In this document: positions 36,468 through 45,668 of the stretch, piece by piece | How the letters are laid out: every line of letters begins with the position of its first letter | How positions within the stretch are numbered: the first letter of the stretch is position 1 | Assembly: GCA_029551285.1 (NCBI GenBank) | Contig: JAKPFT010000081.1 | Location: 18,620 to 82,619, forward strand | Direction: 5' to 3' | Length of the DNA: 64,000 nucleotides | DNA from: a bacterium | Lineage (GTDB): Bacteria; Ratteibacteria; UBA8468; B48-G9; DSTR01 | Notes under the pieces: generated by a model | What the model was told of the DNA's origin: nothing | Database searches by the model: none | Seen by the model: only the letters and a program-made list of their open reading frames with translations | Position numbers and translations under genes: made by a program

Positions 36468-38093
36468 CTAAAAGTACATGTTCTTCGCCATGAGGTAGTC
36501 AAAATCTGCCTCCAGTTCATTCGTCCGGACATGTTCTACCCGAGCAGCGATTTCCTCAGCCGTTTGCCGGCACTCCTGACAGAGTAACATCTCCCGGGCA
36601 CCCTCCAGAGCGCCGTTACCAATCTTGACCACAAGTTGTTCCGGTACCTGCGGAATAAGACCGATGGCCATGGCGTTGGCCGTGTTGATAAAGTTACCAA
36701 AACCTCCGGAGAGATAAACATGCTTCAGGTCTTCTACCGCGGCCGGATAGTAGTGGAGAAGTATCTCCACCCCGGTTTTCATGGCCGACTTGGAGGTAAC
36801 CAGTTGAAAAATGTCCTGCTGGGTAATTTTCAGTTCTCCGTTGAGATAAAAATCATTTTCAATCCTGGCCTGCCGGTTCATCAAGCCGTGCTTTAACATC
36901 TCCGCCAGCAAATCAATCAGACCTGACCCGCAGACTCCCACCGGGTACTTGCTGCCGATGGTGCTGTAAACAACCTTGCCGTTAAGGAGCCGTATTTCCT
37001 TAATCGCTCCCTCAATGGCACCGGTGCCACAACTGACGCTGTTGCCTTCAAAGGCGCCGCCAGCCGCACAGGAAGCCGCCACCAGCCGGTCTCTGTTACC
37101 CAGGACCAGTTCTCCGTTGGTCCCGATATCAATCATCAGCGATAATTCTTCGCTCCGGTACATTTCCGAAGCCAGAATGTCTGCCAGAATATCCGCTCCG
37201 ACATGGCCCCCGATTAAGGCCGCACCGTAAATGGCTCCCTTCGGATTTACGGCCAGTCCCACCTCCGCCGGGGCTACCGTAATGGCTTCCGGGTGGACTG
37301 GCTCAAAAGGTTTCGTGCCTAAAGAAGAAACATCCAGCCCGAGAAAAATGTTGCGCATGGTGGAATTACCCACCACCACCGTATCATAAATGTACCTTTC
37401 CAGCGGTTGACCGGCCTCTGCCGACAGTTCCCGCAGACCGCTGTTGATACCTTCCACCACCACCTTCTGCAGCTGTTTCAGCCGGTGTTCTCGTTTTTCT
37501 AAGGGCAGGTACCGGTGCGTCTCCCGGTCAATCAGGGTGTATTCAATGCGAGAAATCACATCGTTACCGTAAGAAATCTGTGGGTTGGTTCTGGCCATGG
37601 TCGCCAGGATATTTCCGGTTTCCAGGTCAACCAGGTCAAACACCAGCGTCGTGGTGCCAATGTCCACGGCCAGGCCGTAAATTTTTCCGAAATAATCATC
37701 AACCTTTTTCCCCTGGTAGAAAACCTGCTGCCCACTTCTGGTGACAGCCGGAGCCATGGGTATTTTCCGTTCCAGTCCATACTTGAGAATTTCGTAGGTG
37801 CCGAACTCCTTGATGAAAACCACGATATCCGAATCATCCTTAATCACTCTGGCCTGGCAGGCTAACCGCTCCTTATCGTTCAGAGCAAACTTCTTTTCCG
37901 CTGCGGTCAGCTCGTTGAGGTTGTCCTCGCCTTTTTCTACCCGGACCACACATTTGCCGCAGACACCATGGCCGCCGCATTCAGCGTGAATTTCCAGCCC
38001 GTTATCTCTGATATAGTCAAGAATGGACAAACCCGGATGCACGCTGAACCCGGACTTGCCTTTCTTAAACTGCGGGAAAAAGATGTGTCCCAT
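36468..38093 (-). CDS. RACo-like ASKHA ATPase with N-terminal 2Fe-2S ferredoxin domain (corrinoid reductive-activase family, DUF4445)
   Basis: N-terminal plant-type ferredoxin Cys motif (CGGHGVCGKCVV...C). C-terminal actin/hexokinase-like ATPase body (DIGTTTLVFDLVD, IDIGTNGELVL). Confidence 0.7.
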   Translation of the reverse strand: MGHIFFPQFKKGKSGFSVHPGLSILDYIRDNGLEIHAECGGHGVCGKCVVRVEKGEDNLNELTAAEKKFALNDKERLACQARVIKDDSDIVVFIKEFGTYEILKYGLERKIPMAPAVTRSGQQVFYQGKKVDDYFGKIYGLAVDIGTTTLVFDLVDLETGNILATMARTNPQISYGNDVISRIEYTLIDRETHRYLPLEKREHRLKQLQKVVVEGINSGLRELSAEAGQPLERYIYDTVVVGNSTMRNIFLGLDVSSLGTKPFEPVHPEAITVAPAEVGLAVNPKGAIYGAALIGGHVGADILADILASEMYRSEELSLMIDIGTNGELVLGNRDRLVAASCAAGGAFEGNSVSCGTGAIEGAIKEIRLLNGKVVYSTIGSKYPVGVCGSGLIDLLAEMLKHGLMNRQARIENDFYLNGELKITQQDIFQLVTSKSAMKTGVEILLHYYPAAVEDLKHVYLSGGFGNFINTANAMAIGLIPQVPEQLVVKIGNGALEGAREMLLCQECRQTAEEIAARVEHVRTNELEADFDYLMAKNMYF

Positions 38094-38146
38094 ACTGTTC
38101 TCCTCAGAGTTCTTATTATAGGTTGTGGGCCGCCACCTGACAAACC

Positions 38147-38485
38147 TTAATGGTCACAGATATTTTCTCCGGTGACCAGGGTGCCGTTAAGGTAAGCCAT
38201 TACCAGAGCCTCCGGCACTTCTTCCGGCGCGCCGGTAATCACCTTCAGGCCGCACTCATCAAAAAAAGCACGCGCTCGCTGGCCCAGACCGCCGACAAGA
38301 ACTACCTGCACACCCTGTTTCTTCAACCACCGCGGAAAAAGACCCGGCGCATGCTCCGGCGCTTCCAGTACTTCCTGGCCGGTAATCTTCTTTTCCTCTT
38401 CGTCTACCTCAAAAATCGCAAACTGCTCGCAGTGTCCAAAATGCGCACTCAACCTTCCCCTGACCACAGGTATAGCCACCTTCAT
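38147..38485 (-). CDS. NifX/NifB-C-terminal-like (dinitrogenase FeMo-cofactor biosynthesis domain) protein
   Basis: MKVAIPV...FGHCEQFAIFEVDEE...VQVVLVGGLGQRA is the family pattern. 112 aa. Confidence 0.7.
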   Translation of the reverse strand: MKVAIPVVRGRLSAHFGHCEQFAIFEVDEEEKKITGQEVLEAPEHAPGLFPRWLKKQGVQVVLVGGLGQRARAFFDECGLKVITGAPEEVPEALVMAYLNGTLVTGENICDH

Positions 38486-38531
38486 CGCTCCCCCTTCTCC
38501 CGGATAGGAACTTCTCTCCTTTTTTCTGTTC

Positions 38532-38837
38532 TTATGGTTTCAACTTCTTAATTTCTTCTTCCACTTCTCTGGCTCCCCGGGCATAAAACTTTTCTTCATC
38601 AGGCGCCAGTTCCCGAAGAAGCCGCAGGAACTCGCCGGCGTGAACCCGTTCTTCGTCAGCGATGTCCTTAAGTACTTCCTGAGTTAGTTTATCATCGGTT
38701 GACTCGGCCAGTTGCAGATAAAGTTGAATTGCCTCGTACTCCGCAGCGACCATAAACCGAATTGCCCGCACCAGTTCTGCCTGGCTTAGTTTCCTTTCCG
38801 CCTTCAGCCCGGAAAAGGCTCTTCCGAAATCAGGCAT
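38532..38837 (-). CDS. ferritin-like/rubrerythrin-like diiron-carboxylate small protein
   Basis: ExxE...EERVHAGEF pairs (AAEYEAIQLY; ADEERVHAGEF) fit ferritin-like metal ligands. 101 aa. Confidence 0.45.
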   Translation of the reverse strand: MPDFGRAFSGLKAERKLSQAELVRAIRFMVAAEYEAIQLYLQLAESTDDKLTQEVLKDIADEERVHAGEFLRLLRELAPDEEKFYARGAREVEEEIKKLKP

Positions 38838-38870
38838 GTTCCCTCCTTATTCTGGACTGCCGGTTCCCGG

Positions 38871-39236
38871 TTACTTCTGCCCGAAATGACCGGGAACATT
38901 GGGACCGGAAGAATTTGAAAACTCTCCGGCTTTGAACTGTTCCACGGCCTGTCGCACCGTTCCCCTCACTCCAGTCACCACCTTGATGCCAGCCGCCTGT
39001 AATGTGCGAAAGGCATTTGGGCCGCAGTTACCTGTGAGCACATACTTGACTTCCTGCCCGGAGACCAGTTGAGCCGCCTGAATACCAGCACCTCCACCAA
39101 GCTCTGCACTGGTATTTTCTACGGCTTCATAGTCCAGAGAATCTGTATCCACAATCAAAAACCATCTGCAGCGGCCAAACCGCTGGTCCACCTGCTCGTC
39201 AAGACTTTTCCCGGTTGCCGTCACGGCAATTTTCAT
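38871..39236 (-). CDS. NifX/NifB-C-terminal-like protein (second copy)
   Basis: MKIAVTATGKSLD..VDQRFGRCRWFLIVDTD...KYVLTGNCGPNA. 121 aa. Confidence 0.7.
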   Translation of the reverse strand: MKIAVTATGKSLDEQVDQRFGRCRWFLIVDTDSLDYEAVENTSAELGGGAGIQAAQLVSGQEVKYVLTGNCGPNAFRTLQAAGIKVVTGVRGTVRQAVEQFKAGEFSNSSGPNVPGHFGQK

Positions 39237-41070
39237 GCTCCCTCCTTTCCTCTAAGAGATGGTTCAGTTTCGCCCAAATTTCCCTGATTGCCCGGGCCGC
39301 GGCGCCGTCACCGTATTCCACCACAATCCGACCGGCCTGAAGCGCCTGGTTAACTTCTAAATCAAAAGGAATGCTGCCCAGCACCGGAGAGTTCATCTGA
39401 CCAGCCAGAGTTTTAATTTCTTCCAACTGCCTCCTGTTGAGGTCCGCCTTGTTAATAACCACCAGAGCAGGTACCCGAAAATGTTTGGTCAGCTCCAGTA
39501 TCCGTTTAAGGTCATGAATACCTGAAACCGTGGGCTCTGTCACCACCAGGACCAGGTCTGCGCCAGAAACCGAGGCAATTACCGGACAGCCAGTACCCGG
39601 TGGACCATCCCCGAGAATGCGTCCCAGAGACAGTTCCTCAGCCAGCCGGGCGGCCCGGTGGCGCACCTGAGTAACCAGACGACCAGAGTTTTCCTGAGCG
39701 ATTCCAAGCCGCGCATGAACCATCAACCCGTGAGCTGTGTCGGAAACAAACCAGTTTCCACTGACCTCTTCCTCCAGACTGATGGCACCTACCGGACACA
39801 CCAGAGAGCACAGACCACATCCTTCACAGAAAGAGGCCTTCACCCGATAGGTTTTAGCCACGACCTCATTGGCGGGTCCATCCAGACCAATGGCGCCAAA
39901 GTGACACTGCTGCGCGCAACGACCGCAACCAGCACATTTTGCCGCGTCAATTATCGCCTTCCTGCTTCCCGAAAAAGGATGTCTTTCCAGAACCTCCGGT
40001 TGCAGGAGAAGATGAAGATCAGGAGCGTCAACATCGTTATCGGCCAGGACGGTTTCGCGGGAAAGGGCTGATAAAGAGGCCACCAGAGTTGTTTTGCCGG
40101 TACCGCCTTTACCGCTGATTACTGAAATTTCGCGATAGCCTTTTGCCTTTCCCGGCACAAAGGAAAACTTTTTCCTTTTCTTAGATGGTAATTCCTCAAT
40201 CCGGGGCATCTCAGGGAGCTTTCTTTTCCGCAGGAGCTTGATTTCCTCAAAAATTTTCAGCAAATCTGCTGCAAGTTCCTTATGATGTTCAATCAAAATC
40301 TTACCCCGGGCATAGGTCTCGGCATATTCCCTCCGGAAAGGTATCCGGCCAATAATGGGCATGCCTGTTTCTTCGGAATACCTGGTGATCAACCTATCCT
40401 GGCCATCGGATCTATTGACTACAATGCCGGTGGAAACTCCCAGGCTCACCGTCATGGCGGCTGCCAGACTCAGGTCGTTGAGTCCAAACGGCGTCGGTTC
40501 CGTTACCAGCACCGCAACATCAGCATGCTGAACGGCTCTGACCACCGGACAGGCAGTTCCCGGTGAAGCATCAAGAATATTGATTGCCCCGGCCATAATC
40601 TGCTTCTTGACCGCTTCCACGACGATGGGCGCCAGGGTCTCCCCAATATTCAACAGCCCATCGGCGAAGAAAAACGGCTTGTGGTCTGCAGCCACCCTGA
40701 CCCTGCCAATGACCACCTTTTCTTCGTGCAGGGCCTTCTGGGCACACACGCAGGAACAGACACCGCAGGCGTGGCAGAGTTCGTTGAAAATGAGCAGTTT
40801 TTTCTTGACGACGGCGATGGCGTTGTAGTGACAGGCCCGGGCACATTGGCCGCAGGCAATACACCGCCGCTGGTCCCAACGAGGCTTCAAGACGGCAACA
40901 GGTTTTTCCTCAGTGTAACGCGGTTTTACAAAGAGATGGCCGTTGGGCTCCTCCACATCACAGTCCAGAAGGCGGACCGAATGGTTCTTTCTAACCAGGG
41001 CATACGCCAGGTTGACGGCAAACGTTGTCTTACCGGTGCCACCTTTACCGCTGGCCACAGCAATGGTCAT
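39199..41070 (-). CDS. tandem MinD/ParA-type P-loop ATPase fused to 4Fe-4S ferredoxin domains (duplicated module)
   Basis: Two deviant Walker A boxes (VASGKGGTGKTT; ISGKGGTGKTT). Each is followed by a CxxCxxC...C ferredoxin-like cluster (CIACGQCARAC, CHACGVCSCVC; CAGCGRCAQQC, CEGCGLCSLVC). Start chosen at MTIAVAS; the ORF runs to 41127. Confidence 0.75.
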   Translation of the reverse strand: MTIAVASGKGGTGKTTFAVNLAYALVRKNHSVRLLDCDVEEPNGHLFVKPRYTEEKPVAVLKPRWDQRRCIACGQCARACHYNAIAVVKKKLLIFNELCHACGVCSCVCAQKALHEEKVVIGRVRVAADHKPFFFADGLLNIGETLAPIVVEAVKKQIMAGAINILDASPGTACPVVRAVQHADVAVLVTEPTPFGLNDLSLAAAMTVSLGVSTGIVVNRSDGQDRLITRYSEETGMPIIGRIPFRREYAETYARGKILIEHHKELAADLLKIFEEIKLLRKRKLPEMPRIEELPSKKRKKFSFVPGKAKGYREISVISGKGGTGKTTLVASLSALSRETVLADNDVDAPDLHLLLQPEVLERHPFSGSRKAIIDAAKCAGCGRCAQQCHFGAIGLDGPANEVVAKTYRVKASFCEGCGLCSLVCPVGAISLEEEVSGNWFVSDTAHGLMVHARLGIAQENSGRLVTQVRHRAARLAEELSLGRILGDGPPGTGCPVIASVSGADLVLVVTEPTVSGIHDLKRILELTKHFRVPALVVINKADLNRRQLEEIKTLAGQMNSPVLGSIPFDLEVNQALQAGRIVVEYGDGAAARAIREIWAKLNHLLEERREHENCRDGNREKS

Positions 41071-41249
41071 GCTTATTTCCTCCACGGGCAGCCGGCAACC
41101 GGTTTCTCCGTCATCTGCGGGAAACAACTGAATGGATACCTCACCTTCGCCACTTATGTGGCCACAGTTTCCTCTCTTTCTAACAGAGCCGTTGCCTGCT
41201 GGTCTAACCTTTTCTTCCGTGACTTATTTTCTCTCTGTTGATGCGCTCT

Positions 41250-41453
41250 TCACCGTTCTCTGACCATAGGCGTCCCACAACCGGGGCACTTGACCGAATA
41301 ACACGGAACACCGCGTTGATGGGGAATCTTCCGACCGCAATTGGGACAGACACAGTTACCACCTGGTCCGGCTCCAAAGCCACCCATCCGGCCAGGGCCT
41401 CGCCCCATTCCTGGCCCTCTTCCTGAAGGTCCGGTACCATCTCCTCTGGGCAT
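41250..41453 (-). CDS. DUF5320 family small protein
   Basis: MPRGDGTGPSGRGPGMGRGPG N-terminus and C-terminal CPNCG...CPGCG zinc-ribbon-like pairs. 67 aa. Confidence 0.6.
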   Translation of the reverse strand: MPRGDGTGPSGRGPGMGRGPGRMGGFGAGPGGNCVCPNCGRKIPHQRGVPCYSVKCPGCGTPMVRER

Positions 41454-41470
41454 TCTCGCCTCCTTGTTGT

Positions 41471-42160
41471 TTATGTTCTGTGAATTTCAGTTCCTTCCTT
41501 CACCAGCAGCAGCGGGAAGATAACATCACTGGTGCAGCAGGGAATGACCACCGCCAGAACCATATAAACCAGCACTGCGCCAATCTGGTGTGCCCAATCC
41601 CGCAGTCCGTAGCTTATCAGATAAAGAATGGAGGCCACCGAACTGGTTAAGACATGCAGTGAGTGAGAGAAAATCACACCTTCCTGTTTCTCCAGCGTCC
41701 CCGGTGCCAAAAATCCAATCAAAATCCCGACCACGAGAAAAGGAAGCACAATCTGCGGGTGTTCAACGATGCAGATGTGCAGTTGCATCCTGGCTCCCAG
41801 AAGGACACCGGCCAGGTAAGGAATGAAGATGTCGCTGAGGCCGCAGATACCAATTGAACCCACGATGCCGACGATGACAGCCTTCCAGAAGCGCCGCTCA
41901 TACTGCCAGAACATCGCAGTGGTTGCCATGGCTGAAAAAAGCATGTGCGACGGGTGAAAAACATGGAAAAGATCCCTGGTAAATGGGGCAGGGTCCTGCA
42001 CCTGGACCAGATTGGCGAAGAAACTCAGAACTGCCGCAAACATAAGACCGAGGGTGACACTCAAGACCGAAAACGGCAGGTGGTGGCTCAGTCCCTTCCA
42101 GAGCAGGTTTATCTTTTTCTCCATGGTCTCCTCCCTTTCCTCCTGGCCTGGTTTCTCCAT
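41471..42160 (-). CDS. His-rich integral membrane protein (possible metal transporter or metal-dependent membrane hydrolase)
   Basis: About 6 TM helices. Histidine clusters HVFHPSH, HICIVEH, SHSLHVL. The neighbouring genes are metal-related. Confidence 0.35.
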   Translation of the reverse strand: MEKPGQEEREETMEKKINLLWKGLSHHLPFSVLSVTLGLMFAAVLSFFANLVQVQDPAPFTRDLFHVFHPSHMLFSAMATTAMFWQYERRFWKAVIVGIVGSIGICGLSDIFIPYLAGVLLGARMQLHICIVEHPQIVLPFLVVGILIGFLAPGTLEKQEGVIFSHSLHVLTSSVASILYLISYGLRDWAHQIGAVLVYMVLAVVIPCCTSDVIFPLLLVKEGTEIHRT

Positions 42161-42169
42161 TTTCTCCTT

Positions 42170-42886
42170 TCAGTAAAGATAGGGGTCAGCCGGCCGGGGC
42201 ACAACCTGTACTTCGTCAGCCACAATGCAGGAGTTTCCTCCGGTACAGGACACTGTTCCGCGTACCAGAACCCAGGTGTTATCCTTCAGTTGAGAGGCAT
42301 TCTCCGATTCCACCCTGATACCAAGCGGTGTAGCGTCGGCCGCGCAGCAGGTAATTAGAAAACGAACCAGCATAAAGGCCCCTGGTGGGTCGCCGGGTTT
42401 CCGGTAAACCAGGCCTTCGGTTGCCACCAGCAATCCCCCGGCTTTTTCCGGACTTGCGCTGGCCAGAGAAACCAGTTGCTTCAGATTCATTTTCTTATAC
42501 CGGCCCTCAGTTTCCGCCCTGGCTATAAGCGCCTCCAGCAAAGAATTATCCGCTGCGGCAAGCGAGGTGCTGATTCCCCTGCTGGCAACCGCCATAATCG
42601 GCAGCGTCCCTGGCCGCACCACTATCGCCAGCACTACCGGAAACAGGAAAAGGAAAAAAGAGCGCAGCGATATTGCCACCGGCCCTGACTCCTGGCTGTC
42701 TGAGCCACCGCACCGGAGAGCCATAACCGCCAGCAGAACCAGCGACATAAGAGCCACTGGTGCGTAACTCTTGCGGATGAAGACAGAAAGTTTACCGCTG
42801 GCCAGGAGCACCAGGATAAAGCTAAACCATGTCAGTAAGACCGCTAAGACATAAACCCGCTGTGTGTCAAACCTTTTCACCGCCAT
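42170..42886 (-). CDS. DUF1980/TIGR03943 family protein (partner of DUF318 permease)
   Basis: C-terminal CCAADATPLGIRV motif. N-terminal TM helices. Start chosen at MAVKRFD, 7 nt after the permease stop. Confidence 0.55.
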   Translation of the reverse strand: MAVKRFDTQRVYVLAVLLTWFSFILVLLASGKLSVFIRKSYAPVALMSLVLLAVMALRCGGSDSQESGPVAISLRSFFLFLFPVVLAIVVRPGTLPIMAVASRGISTSLAAADNSLLEALIARAETEGRYKKMNLKQLVSLASASPEKAGGLLVATEGLVYRKPGDPPGAFMLVRFLITCCAADATPLGIRVESENASQLKDNTWVLVRGTVSCTGGNSCIVADEVQVVPRPADPYLY

Positions 42887-43899
42887 CTCCCGGCCAGTGC
42901 GGCCAAAGATGTCAGCACAAAAACACCAGTAACAGCCAGGACAATCAACCGGCTGGCAAATCCTTTTTTGAAACCACCCCAGTACAAAATAATTAAGGAC
43001 ACGCTGGTCGTCGGCCCGGCCAGAAGAAAGGTTATTTTGGCGGCAGCCGGCAACCCGGTGAACGTACTGGCTACAAAAGCATCGGCAAAGGAACACAGGG
43101 AGAAGGCCATCCCCAGAAACTGCAGAAGGACGATGGAGGCCAGCGGATTGGTTGCCAGCGCGTTAACAGCCGAACGGGGAAGCAGTGTTTGAAACAGAGC
43201 CGCAATGCTGGCTCCCAGGATAAGATAGCGACCGGTCAGGAAAAAATCATGCTCCGCATGGTCAACGATGTGTGCCCATCGCGTGCCGGCAGAAACTGTT
43301 GCCTGATGGCAATGATGCTCGCCGGCGCTCTCCCTTGAAATATCCGCAACCTCCCAGGCACCAAGAAAAAGACCCGCCAGGACCGCGAGGCAAAAAGCCA
43401 GGCTCATCCGGCCAAAAAGGACGCTTCTCTCTGCCGGAAAAGCCATGGCTGTAGAAAAAAGGGTTACCGGGTTGATGATGGGTGCCGCCAGCAGGTAAGC
43501 GACTACTCCGGCCACTGGAACCCCTTTATGGAGAAGCCTTCTGGCCACCGGAATATTGCCACAGGAACAGACCGGAAAGATAAGTCCCAGTAAAGACCCA
43601 ACAGCCGCCGCCGGTAACTTCTGCCTGGGAAAAACGCGCTCCTCAAGAAAGGCTGGCGGCACCAGAACTTCAAGGGCTCCGGAAACAAAGGAACCGGCCA
43701 GAAGAAAAGGGAAACCCTCCAGCAGAATCGCCAGAAGCATGATGGTGAACAACTGAACCTTAGGATGGCCGAGAGGCCGGGTAATCTGGCCTAACTCACC
43801 GGCCATCCACTTGTTAACCAGGACCAGAACCGCTATGACGGCTACGGTAATCCACAATTTTGTCCTGTAACTGCCAGCAGCTGCCGGCGTCGGCTCCAT
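42877..43899 (-). CDS. DUF318 (ArsP/YraQ-like) permease
   Basis: Multi-TM with conserved Cys motifs FPVCSCGNIPV and LCSFADAFV. Confidence 0.7.
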   Translation of the reverse strand: MEPTPAAAGSYRTKLWITVAVIAVLVLVNKWMAGELGQITRPLGHPKVQLFTIMLLAILLEGFPFLLAGSFVSGALEVLVPPAFLEERVFPRQKLPAAAVGSLLGLIFPVCSCGNIPVARRLLHKGVPVAGVVAYLLAAPIINPVTLFSTAMAFPAERSVLFGRMSLAFCLAVLAGLFLGAWEVADISRESAGEHHCHQATVSAGTRWAHIVDHAEHDFFLTGRYLILGASIAALFQTLLPRSAVNALATNPLASIVLLQFLGMAFSLCSFADAFVASTFTGLPAAAKITFLLAGPTTSVSLIILYWGGFKKGFASRLIVLAVTGVFVLTSLAALAGRWR

Positions 43900-43920
43900 T
43901 ATTCTTCCCCGGTTATTCTT

Positions 43921-44646
43921 TCAAAAGGTGACAATGTCTCCAACCCGCACTTTCCGGAATTGGCTACCGAAGATTGTGGCGAAAATTCTCTCTGCGGCTG
44001 GACCTGAACAGTGCGTGGGACCAACAGCCTTCACCCCCAGATGTTTTACTTCTTCCGCGACCTCACGAATCACAGTATCGGTTTCTTCTAACAGGTGAAA
44101 TCCGCCCATAACCAGATTGATGGCGTTTTCCGGCTCTTCCGGCGGAAAATGTTCCTGCACGACCTTCAGGATTTTGAGAAGCCCGGGGTGAGCACAGCCG
44201 GTAACAACCGCCATCCCTTTTTCTGTCTTGATCACCAGCGCCTGCTCGGTCAGAAAACCTGGCCCGTACCGGACAGTAATTTCTCCGGTGGTGTAAACTG
44301 AAGGGACGATTTCCTGAAACGGCTGCACCCTTACAAAGTGGGCCCCTGACAGTTTCACCTGCTCTTTGAACCTAACAGAAAAAGCCGCACCGCCAAAAAC
44401 TTTTATTCCCTTTCCTGCCTCCAGCACCTTTGCCAGGCCACCGGTATGGTCCCAGTGCTCGTGGGAAATCACCACCGAGTGGAAACTGGCCGGGTCAATC
44501 CTCAGACGTTTCAGATTAGCCAGCAGCCAGTCACCATTTTCGCCGGTGTCAAAAAGAAGGTGGTCACCGACCAAAACAGAAAGTCCCCAGCCTGTCCGGA
44601 GTTTCTCTTCTCTTGCCCGGCTATCAAAAATAATCCTGAGTGTCAT
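43921..44646 (-). CDS. MBL-fold metallo-hydrolase
   Basis: HEHWDHTGG zinc-binding motif. Start chosen at MTLRIIFD; the ORF runs to 44748. Confidence 0.7.
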   Translation of the reverse strand: MTLRIIFDSRAREEKLRTGWGLSVLVGDHLLFDTGENGDWLLANLKRLRIDPASFHSVVISHEHWDHTGGLAKVLEAGKGIKVFGGAAFSVRFKEQVKLSGAHFVRVQPFQEIVPSVYTTGEITVRYGPGFLTEQALVIKTEKGMAVVTGCAHPGLLKILKVVQEHFPPEEPENAINLVMGGFHLLEETDTVIREVAEEVKHLGVKAVGPTHCSGPAAERIFATIFGSQFRKVRVGDIVTF

Positions 44647-44710
44647 TCTTGAACCTGCGGCTGAGAAAGGCAGCCCCAGTCTGCAGCCTGAGACTGCCCA
44701 ACCCAGACCG

Positions 44711-45100
44711 TCAGCCCTCCTGCTGTTTTTTCTTAGAGATGACTGCATCCAGGTCAGCCAGCCGCTGCTGGATTTCCTTCATCTCCTGTTCCATGGCTGA
44801 GAGCTGCTGCCTGAGAAAGGCTGCTTCGGCGTCCGGAGTGAGCTCAGCCCCGGGGACGAAACCCGGGTAGCGGCCATACCAGTAGCCACCCCAGGCAGGC
44901 AGTCCGACCCGGGCCCGATACCAGCCGGGAAGCCCGGTCGCGTAGTACCAGTGTCGCCAGCCGCGTCCGCCCCAGCGAGGCCAGAAACGGCCGTAAGTGC
45001 CCCATCCGGGATAACCGGTGAGCGGAAGAGCACAAAAACCGCGACCTCCTCCAGTCATCGGCCCCAGACCCAGCGGTCCAGTTCCATCAAATCCTGGCAT
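44711..45100 (-). CDS. DUF5320-like protein with W/Y/G/R-rich low-complexity region and C-terminal coiled coil
   Basis: N-terminus MPGFDGTGPLGLGPMTGGGRG matches 41250..41453. Middle region GYPGWGTYGRFWPRWGGRGWRHWYYATGLPGWYRARVGLPAWGGYWYGRYPG. C-terminus EAAFLRQQLSAMEQEMKEIQQRLADL. Confidence 0.5.
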   Translation of the reverse strand: MPGFDGTGPLGLGPMTGGGRGFCALPLTGYPGWGTYGRFWPRWGGRGWRHWYYATGLPGWYRARVGLPAWGGYWYGRYPGFVPGAELTPDAEAAFLRQQLSAMEQEMKEIQQRLADLDAVISKKKQQEG

Positions 45101-45106
45101 ACTGTT

Positions 45107-45598
45107 TCACCTCCTTTCTGCTTGTTTCTCAGCATTTTTACACTGCTGGCACTTTCCGTAAAACTGAATTAGATGGTCGGTAATCTCAAAATTGTACTTT
45201 TCGCTCAGGCCTTTCTGGGTCGTTTGAAGAAGTTCTTTTTCCTTCTCCAGAAAATCGCTGTAATCTATCACCCGGCCGCACAAAGTGCAGATGAGGTGAT
45301 GATGGTGGCTCTTACCCCCGGAGTGGGCTGCCAGTTCAAAGCGGGCCCGACCATCCCCGAAGTCAAACTTGACCACAATCCCCATTCGCACCAGCAGGTC
45401 TAATGTCCGGTAAACCGTGGTTAACCCGATCTGCGGGTAACGGGCGTGGACCAGAAAGTAAATGTCCTCAGCGCTTAAATGCTCAGGTGTCTGCGTAAGA
45501 ACCTGCAGCACCGCTTCCCGCGGCAGGGTGTAACGGTAGCCGCACCCGTGGAGCCTCTCATACAACCAGGGCGGTCCGGCCATCCAGCGTCTGGGCAT
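45107..45598 (-). CDS. zur: Fur-family transcriptional regulator, probably Zur
   Basis: Winged helix plus HHHxxxC..C and C..C metal sites (SHHHHLICTLCG; CQQC). It lies immediately upstream of znuBCA on the same strand. Confidence 0.8.
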   Translation of the reverse strand: MPRRWMAGPPWLYERLHGCGYRYTLPREAVLQVLTQTPEHLSAEDIYFLVHARYPQIGLTTVYRTLDLLVRMGIVVKFDFGDGRARFELAAHSGGKSHHHHLICTLCGRVIDYSDFLEKEKELLQTTQKGLSEKYNFEITDHLIQFYGKCQQCKNAEKQAERR

Positions 45599-45668
45599 TT
45601 TTTCTCCTTATTGAAAATAGTTTCCATTTTCATTATACCCGGCCAGGTGGCCCCTGTCAAGAGATCGG

